Below, one piece after another: positions 27,533 to 36,745 of a stretch of DNA of 64,000 bases. The translations under genes and the position numbers were made by a program. The stretch covers positions 3,434 to 67,433 of the forward strand of contig DATDQT010000124.1 of assembly GCA_035292085.1 (NCBI GenBank), read 5' to 3'. The notes under the pieces were generated by a model. That model ran no database searches. It was not told the origin of the DNA and saw nothing but the letters and a program-made list of their open reading frames with translations. The DNA is from a bacterium (GTDB taxonomy: Bacteria; Sysuimicrobiota; Sysuimicrobiia; Sysuimicrobiales; Kaftiobacteriaceae). The first letter of the stretch is position 1. Each line of letters starts with the position of its first letter.

Positions 27533-27973
27533 GTGAGCAGTCTTACCGCCCGGCCACGTGGCGTCCTCCGCCGCCCTGCACCATCCGGCGCACGGCGGCG
27601 CACCCGCACAGGTCCCCCACGGTGGGTCTGGACGCTCGCCATCGCCGCCGTCGTCATCGTGTCCGCGGTGGCCTTCACCACCACTTTCCTCGAACTCTTC
27701 CGCCTGCAGCGCGAGGCGGACCGATTGGTCCGGATGCGGACCGCGCTGCAGCAGGAAAGCGCCGCCCTGCGGGAGGAGATCCGGGCGCTCCACACGCCCG
27801 AGTACATCGAGAAGATTGCCCGCGAACAGCTCGGCCTGGTCAAACCAGGAGAGATCGTCCTGCTGATCGTCCAGCCGCCACCCCCCGTCCCCGCCCATCC
27901 GGCTCCGGTGCCTGAAGAACCGTCCTGGCTCGGGCAGGTCATGCGCGCCCTCGCCCGTCTCATCGGAAGGTAG
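27533..27973 (+). CDS. Septum formation initiator (FtsB/DivIC family)
   Basis: TM segment WTLAIAAVVIVSAVAF followed by the coiled coil LQREADRLVRMRTALQQESAALREEIRALHTPEYIEKIAREQLGLVKPGE. Start is uncertain (GTG 27533 after GGAG). Confidence 0.6.
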   Translation: MSSLTARPRGVLRRPAPSGARRRTRTGPPRWVWTLAIAAVVIVSAVAFTTTFLELFRLQREADRLVRMRTALQQESAALREEIRALHTPEYIEKIAREQLGLVKPGEIVLLIVQPPPPVPAHPAPVPEEPSWLGQVMRALARLIGR

Positions 27974-27983
27974 CGCCGGCTAA

Positions 27984-28013
27984 TTGACACCGCTCGTAGA
28001 GCCGCCTTAGAAT
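27984..28013 (+). promoter_or_regulatory. Sigma-70-type promoter TTGACA-N18-TAGAAT
   Basis: TTGACA at 27984-27989 and TAGAAT at 28008-28013, upstream of the S1-domain gene. Confidence 0.6.
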
Positions 28014-28053
28014 TGGCCTGCATATCCCAGGGAGGTGCCATCGGGCTGTACGC

Positions 28054-28431
28054 ATGAGTGTCGATATCGGTACGATCGTCGAAGGTAAGGTCGTCAAGAT
28101 CACCAACTACGGCGCGTTCGTCGAGCTTGCCGATGGCAAGAGCGGCCTCGTCCACATCTCCGAGATCGCCGACATCTACGTCAAGGACGTTCGCGACTAC
28201 CTGAAAGAGCAGGAAACCGTCAAGGTCAAAGTCCTCGGCCTCAATGACAGGGGGAAGCTCGACCTGTCCGTCAAGCAAGCCCTCTCTCCCGAAGAGCGGG
28301 TCGCCCGCGCCCGCGAGAAGAAGACGTTCGAAGAGAAGTTGAAGACCTTTATGAAGGAAAGCGAAGAACGCCTGCTCGACCTCAAACGGAACACCGAAGC
28401 CAAACGCGGGGGCGGAAAAAAGCGAAGATAG
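28054..28431 (+). CDS. S1 RNA-binding domain protein (YabR-like)
   Basis: GTIVEGKVVKITNYGAFVELADGKSGLVHISEIAD, lysine/arginine-rich tail. Lies next to the divIC-like gene as in Bacillus. Confidence 0.8.
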   Translation: MSVDIGTIVEGKVVKITNYGAFVELADGKSGLVHISEIADIYVKDVRDYLKEQETVKVKVLGLNDRGKLDLSVKQALSPEERVARAREKKTFEEKLKTFMKESEERLLDLKRNTEAKRGGGKKRR

Positions 28432-28508
28432 GGGGACGAGGAGGGCGGGAGCCTTTTCCCCGAGACCACTTCACGGGGACCCCTTTGGCTCCCGCCCTCC
28501 TCGTCCCC
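28432..28508 (+). repeat. Family A hairpin element A3
   Basis: 22-bp perfect arms GGGGACGAGGAGGGCGGGAGCC / GGCTCCCGCCCTCCTCGTCCCC flank the 33-nt module TTTTCCCCGAGACCACTTCACGGGGACCCCTTT. It fills the gap between two convergent stop codons exactly. Confidence 0.9.
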
Positions 28509-28849
28509 TATCCCTCGCCGAGAAGTTCCACCACGTCCTCGAACGTCCGCCACACGATGTCGTCGCTCTCCAGCATCCGCGACGTTTCCGCGATGCCTTC
28601 TTTCGACGACAGTTCGTCCAGGTGTTCTTCCATCCGCTGCATCCGCAGCCTGAGCTGGTGGAGCACCGCCCCGGCCGGCAGCGCGGGCAGCAGCGCTTTC
28701 ATCCGGTCCAGCGCGTCCCGCTCGACGGCCCGGGCCAGGCGATCCATCTCGATCGCCTCCATCTTCGAATAGGACACCAGCCCGCGGCGCCTCTCGACCG
28801 CATCACCGACAATCTTGCGGATGTCGCTGACGAGCCTGGTTTCGTCCAC
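28508..28849 (-). CDS. Hypothetical helical protein (113 aa)
   Basis: GTG-initiated ORF 20 nt downstream of the ABC exporter pair. I recognise no motif. Confidence 0.4.
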   Translation of the reverse strand: MDETRLVSDIRKIVGDAVERRRGLVSYSKMEAIEMDRLARAVERDALDRMKALLPALPAGAVLHQLRLRMQRMEEHLDELSSKEGIAETSRMLESDDIVWRTFEDVVELLGEG

Positions 28850-28869
28850 CGCTCAGCCCCGAATCTCGC

Positions 28870-30741
28870 TCATCCCGGGATGCGCACCTCCTGGTCCCGG
28901 TACTGCAGCTGGTACAGCTTGGCGTAGATGCCGCCTTTGGCCAGCAGGTCGCGGTGCGTCCCCTCTTCCACGAGATGCCCCTTGTGGAGCACGACGATCC
29001 GGTCGACGTTCTGAATCGTCGACAGGCGGTGCGCGATGATGATCGAGGTCCGGCCGTGCATCACCCGGCTGAGGGCGTCCTGGATCAGGATCTCGGTCTC
29101 GGTGTCCACGCTGCTGGTCGCCTCATCCAGGACGAGGAGGATCTCCGGATTGTGGGAGAGGGCCCGGGCAAACGCAATCAGCTGCCGCTGCCCGGCCGAG
29201 AGGGTCGTCCCCCGTTCCACCACGTCGCTGGCGTAGCCTTTGGGCATGCGGTCGATGAAGCGGTGCGCGTTGACGAACTCCGCCGCGCGGCGGATCTCCT
29301 CGTCACTGATATCCTCGTTGCCCAGCCGGATGTTCGAGGCAATCGTGCCCGAAAACAGGAAGACGTCCTGGAGGACGAGTCCGACGTGGCGGCGCAGATC
29401 GCGCTGCGCGTACGCGCGTACGTCCACCCCGTCCACGAGCACCCGGCCGCGCTGCGGATCATAGAACCGCAGCAGCAGGTTGATGATCGACGTCTTGCCG
29501 GCGCCGGTGTGGCCGACGAACGCGACGCTCTCGCCCGCGGCGATGCGGAAGGACACGCCCTTGAGCACCCATTCATCGGTCCCCCGGGGCAGCGGAGGCT
29601 CCCCGTCGCGCGGCGCGGCCGCCGGGCCGCCGGCCGCCGGCGGGCCCCCGGTCGATGACGGGTACGCGAACCAGACGTCTTTGAACTCGATCTCGCCCCG
29701 CACGTGCGGCAGCGGCACCGGACCGGCCGGATCTTCAACGGTGACCGGCTCGTCGAGGATGCGGAAAATCCGCTCCGAACTGGCCATGGCCGCCTGCAGG
29801 ATGTTGTACTTCTCGGCGAGGTCTTGAATCGGCCGCCAGAACCGTTCCGTGTACTGGATGGCCGCGACCAATACCCCGATGGTCACCACCCCCCGCACGA
29901 CCTGCCCGCCGGCGTACCAGATCAGCAGCGCGATGGCCACCGCCGAGATGAACCCGACGGAGGGGAAGAACAGCGCGAAGTACCGGATCGCCTGCTGGTT
30001 GCTGTCCAGGTGGTCCCGGTTCAGGGCGTCGAATTTCCCGAAATTGCGCCGGCGGCGGTTGAACAGCTGGGCGACGCCCATGCCCATGATGTTCTCGTTC
30101 AGGTAGGCGTTGATGCGCGCGATGCGGACGCGCACGGCCCGGTATGATTCGCGGGACCGCGCCGCGAACCAGGCGGTCATCGCGACCAGGGCGGGCAGCA
30201 CCGCGAAGGCAACCAGGGTGAGCCGCCAGTCCAGCAGCAGCATCGCGATGATGATGCCGACGAGCATGAACACGTCGCCGAATACGGTCACCACGCCCGA
30301 CGTCACCATCTCGTACAGCGTGTCGACGTCGTTCGTAATGCGGGTCATCAGCCGGCCGACCGGATTGCCGGCGAAGAAGGCCACCGACAGCCGCTGCAGG
30401 TGGCCGAACATCTGCATCCGCAGATCGTACATCACGCTCTGGCCGACGATCTGCGTGATGTAGTTCTGCCCGTAGCGGATCGCCGCCGCGGCCACCAGCG
30501 TGAGCAGGTACCAGGCGGCAATGCGCGCGAGGCCGGCCATGTCCCCGACCCCGATGTACCGGTCGATCGCGACCTTGACGAAGTACGGACCGGCCAGTTC
30601 AGCGCCGGCCGCGAGCAGCAGCAGCACCACCGAGAGGATGACCGGCCGACGGTACGGCCGCAGGTACCCCAGCAGCCGCCGCATCAGGCGGGCGTCGTAG
30701 GCTTTCCCGAGGATTTCGTCTTCCTGAAAGTGCGTGCTCAT
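28870..30741 (-). CDS. ABC exporter, fused permease/ATPase (heterodimer partner 2)
   Basis: 623 aa. Six TM segments plus Walker A GHTGAGKTS, signature LSAGQRQ, Walker B LLVLDEATS. Confidence 0.9.
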   Translation of the reverse strand: MSTHFQEDEILGKAYDARLMRRLLGYLRPYRRPVILSVVLLLLAAGAELAGPYFVKVAIDRYIGVGDMAGLARIAAWYLLTLVAAAAIRYGQNYITQIVGQSVMYDLRMQMFGHLQRLSVAFFAGNPVGRLMTRITNDVDTLYEMVTSGVVTVFGDVFMLVGIIIAMLLLDWRLTLVAFAVLPALVAMTAWFAARSRESYRAVRVRIARINAYLNENIMGMGVAQLFNRRRRNFGKFDALNRDHLDSNQQAIRYFALFFPSVGFISAVAIALLIWYAGGQVVRGVVTIGVLVAAIQYTERFWRPIQDLAEKYNILQAAMASSERIFRILDEPVTVEDPAGPVPLPHVRGEIEFKDVWFAYPSSTGGPPAAGGPAAAPRDGEPPLPRGTDEWVLKGVSFRIAAGESVAFVGHTGAGKTSIINLLLRFYDPQRGRVLVDGVDVRAYAQRDLRRHVGLVLQDVFLFSGTIASNIRLGNEDISDEEIRRAAEFVNAHRFIDRMPKGYASDVVERGTTLSAGQRQLIAFARALSHNPEILLVLDEATSSVDTETEILIQDALSRVMHGRTSIIIAHRLSTIQNVDRIVVLHKGHLVEEGTHRDLLAKGGIYAKLYQLQYRDQEVRIPG

Positions 30742-32468
30742 GCTTCTTCGAGCTCTTCTTCCAGCAGCTGCTTCCGGTAGAGGTCCGCGTACACGCCGCC
30801 GGTCGCGAGCAGTTCGTCGTGCGTGCCCCGTTCCACGATCCGGCCGTCGGCCAGCACGACGATCTGGTCCGCATGGCGGACCGTGCTGACCCGGTGGCTG
30901 ATCAGGATCGCGGTCCGGCTCGCCATCACCCCGCGGAGCCCGCTGAGGATCGCCTCCTCCGTGTTCGTGTCCACGCTGCTGAGCGCGTCGTCGAGGATCA
31001 GAATCCGCGGGTCCCGGGCGACGGCCCGGGCGATCGCCGTGCGCTGCTTCTGGCCGCCCGACAGCGTCACGCCGCGCTCTCCCACCACCGTCTCGTACCC
31101 GTGCGGAAAGTCCGCGATGTCACCGGCGATGCGGGCGATCCCGGCGGCCTCCTGCACGCGGGCCGCCTCGGCGACCTCGAGGCCGTAGCCGATGTTCTCA
31201 TGCAGGGTCTCCGAGAACAGGAACGTCTCCTGCGGCACGAAGCCGATGTGCCGGCGGAGATCGTCCAGCCGCAGCCGGCGCACGTCGATTCCGTCGATGA
31301 GAACCTGCCCGTCGGTGACGTCGAACAGCCGGGGGATCAGGTTCACCAGGGTGCTCTTCCCCGACCCCAGCGGCCCTACGATCGCCACCGTCGACCCGGC
31401 CGGGACGCGCAGTTCGATGTGTTCGAGGACCGGCGTCCCGTTGTACGCGAAGCTCACGTCGCGGAACTCGATGTCGCCGCGGATCTCCGGCACCGCGCGG
31501 GCATCCGGGGTATCGGCAATACGCGACCTGGCCCCGAACACCTCGTCGAGCCGCTTCATCGACGCGCGGCCCCGCTGCATGAGGTTGATGACCCACCCCA
31601 GGGCGATCATCGGCCACGACAGCAGGGCCAGATACCCGCTGAACTGCACGAACTGCCCCAACGTGATCCGCCCCGCGATAACAGCATCCCCACCCTGCCA
31701 CAGCAGCACGACCGCCGCCAGGCCGAGGAAGAACATCATCAGCGGCCACAGCGCGCCGTCGGTGCGGATCACGGCCAGGTTGCGGCGGATGTACTCGCGG
31801 TTCAGGACCGCGAACTGCTCGACCTCATAGGGCTCCTGGGCGAACGCCTTGACCACCCGGATCCCCGAGAAGTTCTCCTGCGCCTTGGCCGACACGGTGC
31901 TGAACTGCTCCTGCACGGACTCGTAGCGCCGGTGGATCATTGGCCCCAGGACGATGAAGGTGAGGCTCACCATCGGCAGGATGACGATCAGGTACAGCGT
32001 CAGGGCCGCGTTGATCGACAGCATGAACCCGACCGCGATCGTGGCGGTGATCAGCGTGCTGAAGAAGTGCATGATGCCGGGCCCAACGAAGCGCTGCACG
32101 GTGTTGAGGTCCGACACCGCGCGGGTCATCAGGTCGCCGGTCCGCGTGTGCTGAAAGTACGCCTGGTGCATCTGCTGCAGGTGGGCGAAGAAGTCGTTGC
32201 GGATCTCATACTCGATCGACCGCGCGGCGCCGAGGATGTGTAGCCGCCAGAAGTACCGCAGCACCCACACGCCGAGGTTCAGCCCCACGAGCATCAGGGC
32301 GTAGATCACCAGCGTCCGCGGCTGCGCGCCGGCGGTGATGGCGTCGACCGCCCGGCGGAGCACCAGCGGGTCGAGCATCAGGAGCACGGACGCGGCGATG
32401 CTGAGGGAGAAGCCGAGCAGGTAGGCCCGGCGGTGCCTGACGAGGTAGGACCACAAACGCGGACTCAC
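30738..32468 (-). CDS. ABC exporter, fused permease/ATPase (heterodimer partner 1)
   Basis: 576 aa. GPLGSGKST, LSGGQKQ, ILILDDALS. ATGA overlap with the partner gene. Confidence 0.9.
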   Translation of the reverse strand: MSPRLWSYLVRHRRAYLLGFSLSIAASVLLMLDPLVLRRAVDAITAGAQPRTLVIYALMLVGLNLGVWVLRYFWRLHILGAARSIEYEIRNDFFAHLQQMHQAYFQHTRTGDLMTRAVSDLNTVQRFVGPGIMHFFSTLITATIAVGFMLSINAALTLYLIVILPMVSLTFIVLGPMIHRRYESVQEQFSTVSAKAQENFSGIRVVKAFAQEPYEVEQFAVLNREYIRRNLAVIRTDGALWPLMMFFLGLAAVVLLWQGGDAVIAGRITLGQFVQFSGYLALLSWPMIALGWVINLMQRGRASMKRLDEVFGARSRIADTPDARAVPEIRGDIEFRDVSFAYNGTPVLEHIELRVPAGSTVAIVGPLGSGKSTLVNLIPRLFDVTDGQVLIDGIDVRRLRLDDLRRHIGFVPQETFLFSETLHENIGYGLEVAEAARVQEAAGIARIAGDIADFPHGYETVVGERGVTLSGGQKQRTAIARAVARDPRILILDDALSSVDTNTEEAILSGLRGVMASRTAILISHRVSTVRHADQIVVLADGRIVERGTHDELLATGGVYADLYRKQLLEEELEEA

Positions 32469-32582
32469 CCGTGCACCCTGTCGATGGAATCGCCGGATTT
32501 CAAGATGTAGGCCACTCCTCGCGCCGATGGGGAACCAGCAGATTATACATGCATTCGCGGCCCACTGCCTACGGCTTTCCGC

Positions 32583-33410
32583 CTACGCTGACGTGCCGGA
32601 GGAGACACCGAAGACGGAGAGGACCGACAGCGCATCGAGCGAGACCTCCACGTCGTGGTCGGAGCCCCGCGCGCTCGACCAGCCGCCCGCCGGTCCCTGC
32701 AGGTCAAGCAGCCGCCGCACCGCCCAGGCCGCCATCGGGTCATCGGCGGAGAATCCGGCCGTGTGGAACGCGGCAAGCGCGTCGGCGAGCCGGTCGGCAG
32801 TCCACATTTCCGCGGGCACACGGCTGAGCGCTTCCGCGCCGTCGGCGGCCGCCGCCGACTCGCGCCCATCGGCGATCATCAGCAGGGACGTCACGAGCGC
32901 CGCGGTATCGGCAAGCTCCTCGATCCCGACGGTCCCGTCGCGATGCGCGCGCAGATACTCGGCCGCATACCGGACCGTGTCGGCGGCACGGCCCAGGACG
33001 CGGGCGAGTGCGAGCGCGGCCACGCCGGTGCAGTAGCGGCGGGCGAACGCGGTCCCGGGCCGGACGGCGGGCGGCGGGTCGAACTTGACGACCGCCGGCG
33101 ACTCATCCCACGCGCCATCCGGCCGCTGCACCATCAGCAGGAACGTCGCCGCCCGATGCCCGTGTGCAGATGACCGGATGCGGAGGTCTTCAATCCATCG
33201 CAGCGCCCGCGCGGTCGCGGTGACCGAGGACGGTCTTCCCGGGATCATGCCGTAGGGAAATCCGCCATCGTCCCGCTGCCGTGACGTCAGTGACCGCAGT
33301 GGCCGCGGCTCGGGCGGGAACCGGCCCAGCAGGCCGGCCAGACGTGCGCGCTCGACGTCGTCGCCGTTTTCTTCGATGAAGCTGATGCCGCGAGACAGGT
33401 ACGAAGGCAT
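32583..33410 (-). CDS. Alpha/alpha-toroid (prenyltransferase/terpene-cyclase-like repeat) protein
   Basis: 275 aa with recurring repeats QRDDGGFPYG, QRPDGAWDES, LQGPAGGWSS. ATGA overlap with pxpA. Confidence 0.45.
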   Translation of the reverse strand: MPSYLSRGISFIEENGDDVERARLAGLLGRFPPEPRPLRSLTSRQRDDGGFPYGMIPGRPSSVTATARALRWIEDLRIRSSAHGHRAATFLLMVQRPDGAWDESPAVVKFDPPPAVRPGTAFARRYCTGVAALALARVLGRAADTVRYAAEYLRAHRDGTVGIEELADTAALVTSLLMIADGRESAAAADGAEALSRVPAEMWTADRLADALAAFHTAGFSADDPMAAWAVRRLLDLQGPAGGWSSARGSDHDVEVSLDALSVLSVFGVSSGTSA

Positions 33411-34213
33411 CAGGAGGGCCTGGCCAAACCGGGGTCCGGGGTCCGGGGTCCGGGGTCCGACATAACTTCGGGGAGCGCCACGATTGACACGTCAGCTTCC
33501 CGCAACGCTGTGCGCACCGCCTGCGCGATTGCGACGGCGCCGGGGGTGTCGCTGTGGATGCACAGCGTGTCGGGCCGGAGGTTCAGCTCCGTGCCATCGA
33601 CCGCGGTGGTCGTGCCGTCGCGGACCATGCGCACGGCGCGCACGGCGGCGTAGTGCGCGTCGGTGATCACCGCGCCAGGCAGGTCGCGCGAGACGAGTGT
33701 TCCGGCCGCGGTGTACGCCCGATCGATGAACGCCTCGCGCGCGACGCGGAGGCCCATGTCCTCGAGGACTCGCGCGTGAGGAGATCCCGCAAGGACGACG
33801 ACGATCAACGAGGAATCCACATCGACGACCGCAGCGCCGATCGCTTCGGTCAAGGCACGATCCGACATCGCCTGATTGTAGAGGGCGCCGTGCGGCTTGA
33901 CGTGGCGCAGCGCAGCGCCGGCCTCCGACGCGAGGGTTGCAAGCGCCTGGATCTGCACGGCCAGGTCGGCCCGTACCTGGTCCGGCGCCGCGCGGACGGC
34001 CCGCCTGCCGAACCCTTCGCGGTCCGGGTAGGACGGATGGGCGCCGAGGCTCACGCCGTGAGTCAGGGCCAGCCGGATGCTCTCGCGCATCGTCTGCTCA
34101 TCACCGGCATGGCCGCCGCAGGCAATGCTGGCAGACGTCATCAGCGGCATGAGTTGAGCGTCCACCGCGGATCCCTCACCCATGTCGCAGTTGAGATCGA
34201 TGACCGCCATCAT
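33410..34213 (-). CDS. pxpA: 5-oxoprolinase subunit A (LamB/YcsF family)
   Basis: IDLNCDMGEG N-terminal motif, 267 aa. Confidence 0.85.
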   Translation of the reverse strand: MMAVIDLNCDMGEGSAVDAQLMPLMTSASIACGGHAGDEQTMRESIRLALTHGVSLGAHPSYPDREGFGRRAVRAAPDQVRADLAVQIQALATLASEAGAALRHVKPHGALYNQAMSDRALTEAIGAAVVDVDSSLIVVVLAGSPHARVLEDMGLRVAREAFIDRAYTAAGTLVSRDLPGAVITDAHYAAVRAVRMVRDGTTTAVDGTELNLRPDTLCIHSDTPGAVAIAQAVRTALREADVSIVALPEVMSDPGPRTPDPGLARPS

Positions 34214-34521
34214 CAGCGACGAGTCAGACGGTCCTGAGGGAATGTTTCGAGATAGCGTTTAGCCGCCTCCAGCCGCTTGAACAGGCGGGTCTCCCATTCG
34301 GGTGACACGAGGTCTGCTTCCGGCATGAACAGCAGCGCGCGGGCGCTGCCGAGCCGCAGCCCGTACTCCACGCCGGCAAACGGTTCGGCCATGTACCGGA
34401 CGGAAGGTTTGTCCAGCACCAGGCGTGCGTCGACGCGGCGGAGGACCTGCTCCAGTTTCCGGATGGCGTCGGCTTCGGAAATCACAAAGACAATGTTACT
34501 ACGGTACACTGGAAGTCGCAT
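34213..34521 (-). CDS. Hypothetical protein (102 aa), first gene of the pxpA operon
   Basis: ATG at 34521. Its stop overlaps the pxpA start (ATGA). I recognise no motif. Confidence 0.45.
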   Translation of the reverse strand: MRLPVYRSNIVFVISEADAIRKLEQVLRRVDARLVLDKPSVRYMAEPFAGVEYGLRLGSARALLFMPEADLVSPEWETRLFKRLEAAKRYLETFPQDRLTRR

Positions 34522-34544
34522 GATTCCGGAGTCCGGAGGCTGGG

Positions 34545-35105
34545 GTGGACTGGCGAGAATACTACGAGCAGGGTCTTCCCTACACAGAGTTTCTCGCGCG
34601 CTACGGCACCGACGAGCACCGGCGGCGGTGGCAGCGCATGTACGAACAGGTGACGCTCACCGCGGCGCCGCGCGAGATGCTGGCCGGGTTTCCCCGGCAG
34701 ATGCATCTGCTGTGCCTGGCCGGCACGTGGTGCGGAGACTGCGTGCGCGACTGCCCAATCCTGCAGCATATCGCGGAGGCCTCGCCGGTGATCAACCTGC
34801 GCTTTCTGGACCGGGATGACAACCCGGATCTGCGCGACGCATTACGCATCAACCAGGGCCACCGGATTCCCGTCGTCGTGTTCCTCAGTGAGGACTTCGC
34901 GGAGTGCGCCCGCTACGGCGAACGCACGCTGGCGACGTACCGGAAGATGGCGGCCGAACGCCTCGGTCCGGCGTGCCCTACCGGGATCATCCCGCCGGGC
35001 GAGGACTACATCGACGAGATGGTCGCGGACTGGCTGCGCGAGGTGGAGCGGGTGCAGTTGATGCTGCGGCTGTCGCCGCGGCTGAGGGAACGGCACGGAG
35101 ACTAA
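34545..35105 (+). CDS. Thioredoxin-fold protein (WCGDC active site)
   Basis: GTG 34545, 6 nt after GGAGG. LAGTWCGDCVRDCP. Confidence 0.7.
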   Translation: MDWREYYEQGLPYTEFLARYGTDEHRRRWQRMYEQVTLTAAPREMLAGFPRQMHLLCLAGTWCGDCVRDCPILQHIAEASPVINLRFLDRDDNPDLRDALRINQGHRIPVVVFLSEDFAECARYGERTLATYRKMAAERLGPACPTGIIPPGEDYIDEMVADWLREVERVQLMLRLSPRLRERHGD

Positions 35106-35134
35106 TGGTAGCCCAAGCGAGACGATGTTCGAAC
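35106..35134. repeat. tRNA-3'-end-like fragment plus left direct repeat of the islet
   Basis: TGGTAGCCCAAGCGA matches 13 of 15 nt of the tRNA-Glu 3' end (TGGTAGCCCCAGCGG at 36971-36985). GACGATGTTCGAAC (35121-35134) is repeated exactly at 36955-36968. Confidence 0.8.
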
Positions 35135-35211
35135 TATTTAAGAAGCTTCGGGCCGTCTTCCGAGAGGGATACTACCATTCTCCGGCGGCTTAGCTAAGAA
35201 CGGTCCGCAGT

Positions 35212-35616
35212 CTAGGATTTGCGGCTGAGGGATTCCAGCTTCAAGCCCACTATGCGCTCGTAGTGCTTGCGGTTCTCAGAAAGTAGGGTCAAGCCGTGGC
35301 GTAGCGCCGTCGAGGCAATAGCAAGATCGAATGGGTCCAAGGGTTGGCCAGAAGTTAGGAGCCGCGCGTTCTCTTGGCCAAACCGTTCCGACACTTCTTC
35401 AGTGAATGGAAGAGTTGTGACCCCTCGAAGGAATCGCCGGAGTCCTTCCGCTGCCTGTTCCGGGTTCTTTGACCGATGAACTCCCGTAAAGAGCTCAGCC
35501 AGCGTGATCGTGCTGATTGCGAGACCTTCACCGCGTAAGGCCCTGATGCGTTCTGCAACGTCTCTACGGCCCCGCAGCGAGAAAACCGCCCAGTCTGTAT
35601 CCAGCAGATACCGCAT
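35212..35616 (-). CDS. vapC: PIN-domain ribonuclease toxin
   Basis: MRYLLDTDWAVFSL, 134 aa. One-nt overlap with the upstream antitoxin gene. Confidence 0.85.
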   Translation of the reverse strand: MRYLLDTDWAVFSLRGRRDVAERIRALRGEGLAISTITLAELFTGVHRSKNPEQAAEGLRRFLRGVTTLPFTEEVSERFGQENARLLTSGQPLDPFDLAIASTALRHGLTLLSENRKHYERIVGLKLESLSRKS

Positions 35617-35852
35617 TAAAGCTCGACGGCCGGCCGGGTGCTCCGTTTGCGCAATTCGTAGATCTCGTCAACAAAGTCTTCTGACACGAGATCCTTCCAA
35701 CTACCAATGGAGGAAAGAAATGCGGCATCGTCCTTCTCGCTGGTCTTCTCGGGCATGGGAATATCGACCACCTCGTCCTCAGGGAGATCCACCGGCTCGA
35801 GTGGCTCAAAGACACCCTTCTTGTACTTGGCTCTGATGACTTTGCCCAACAT
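35616..35852 (-). CDS. Antitoxin (DUF104/AF2212-like N-terminus) of the VapBC pair
   Basis: ATG 35852 after GAGGTGA. MLGKVIRAKYKKGVFEPLEPVDLPEDEVV. Confidence 0.7.
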   Translation of the reverse strand: MLGKVIRAKYKKGVFEPLEPVDLPEDEVVDIPMPEKTSEKDDAAFLSSIGSWKDLVSEDFVDEIYELRKRSTRPAVEL

Positions 35853-35905
35853 CGTCACCTCGGTCTCACCATACGGTACGTGTCCGTGAAGGTCAATGGA
35901 ACCTC

Positions 35906-36745
35906 TCAAGAGCCCGGAATTTCATAGTCTTTTGCCCTCTCCACTGCATATCCGACAAACTGCAACGTTTGTTGATAAATCGCGTGATCAGCCGGCTGAT
36001 GCGTAGAAATCGAGGTGTCCTGGCGCTCTTTCCAGCAATAATCTATCAACGGTATCCATTGCGGGTCGAGATTGGATTTGGCCCATTTGAGGCCCGCCAG
36101 CTTCGAGCTCACTTTTCCTTCCGACAAGTCATGCAGCATGCGGCAGAAATTCAGCACCAGGTATGATTGATAAAACCTGTTCTTGTACCGCCCCGGATCT
36201 TGCAGCAACTCCTGTCCCCAGCCGACCAGCGTATTCCCTATTTCTTTGCGTAACTCATCGGCGGGTACAGGGTCAATGAGAGTAGCCGGGTTTGGCCCCA
36301 GTACCGTAACGCCCATCTCTCTCACGGTCCAGCGGACCACCAGCGTATTGTCGTGGTCTGACCGTTGAATGGTGGGGCTGCCGTTATCAAAGTACCAGAG
36401 CTCTTCGCTTTGTGCCGGAACCCCGGCGTCCGTGTACGGTGACGACGGTTGCTGGAGCACGGGCGTGGGAAAGAAGGAATACTCGAGCCGCTTGACCCAG
36501 AGATTATCCTGATCGTACATGCGGCGATGCGTGGCCTGCACCTCCACGACTTCGCGTTCAGACAGGTCTTCTCTCGTGACAACAATGAAGTCGACATCGC
36601 TGGTGAGATCGAAATCGCCGATTGCCAAAGATCCTTGCAGATATTCGCCCACAAATTCAGTGCCGAGTACCCTCTGCATACTTTTCGCGTGTTCTTCCAG
36701 TACAGCATCCAGTTTCGAGTATGGTGTGAGTGATCCATTGCTCAT
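35906..36745 (-). CDS. Nucleotidyltransferase with C-terminal DUF4111-like domain (ANT/AadA-like architecture)
   Basis: YLQGSLAIGDFDLTSDVDFIVV NTase motif. Start is uncertain: ATG 36745 is chosen, and the ORF is open to 36856. Confidence 0.65.
   Translation of the reverse strand: MSNGSLTPYSKLDAVLEEHAKSMQRVLGTEFVGEYLQGSLAIGDFDLTSDVDFIVVTREDLSEREVVEVQATHRRMYDQDNLWVKRLEYSFFPTPVLQQPSSPYTDAGVPAQSEELWYFDNGSPTIQRSDHDNTLVVRWTVREMGVTVLGPNPATLIDPVPADELRKEIGNTLVGWGQELLQDPGRYKNRFYQSYLVLNFCRMLHDLSEGKVSSKLAGLKWAKSNLDPQWIPLIDYCWKERQDTSISTHQPADHAIYQQTLQFVGYAVERAKDYEIPGS

Noticed and set aside
34522-34544. The 23-bp gap between the divergent start codons of the 102-aa gene and the thioredoxin-fold gene, considered as a shared compact promoter.
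   Set aside because: The gap is too short to hold two promoters and no -10/-35 hexamers are visible. The promoters probably lie within the flanking coding sequence. Nothing further can be supported.
35906-36745. Calling the nucleotidyltransferase an aminoglycoside-resistance gene (aadA/ANT).
   Set aside because: Only the NTase motif and the overall NTase+DUF4111-like architecture are recognisable. Substrate specificity cannot be inferred from sequence by eye.
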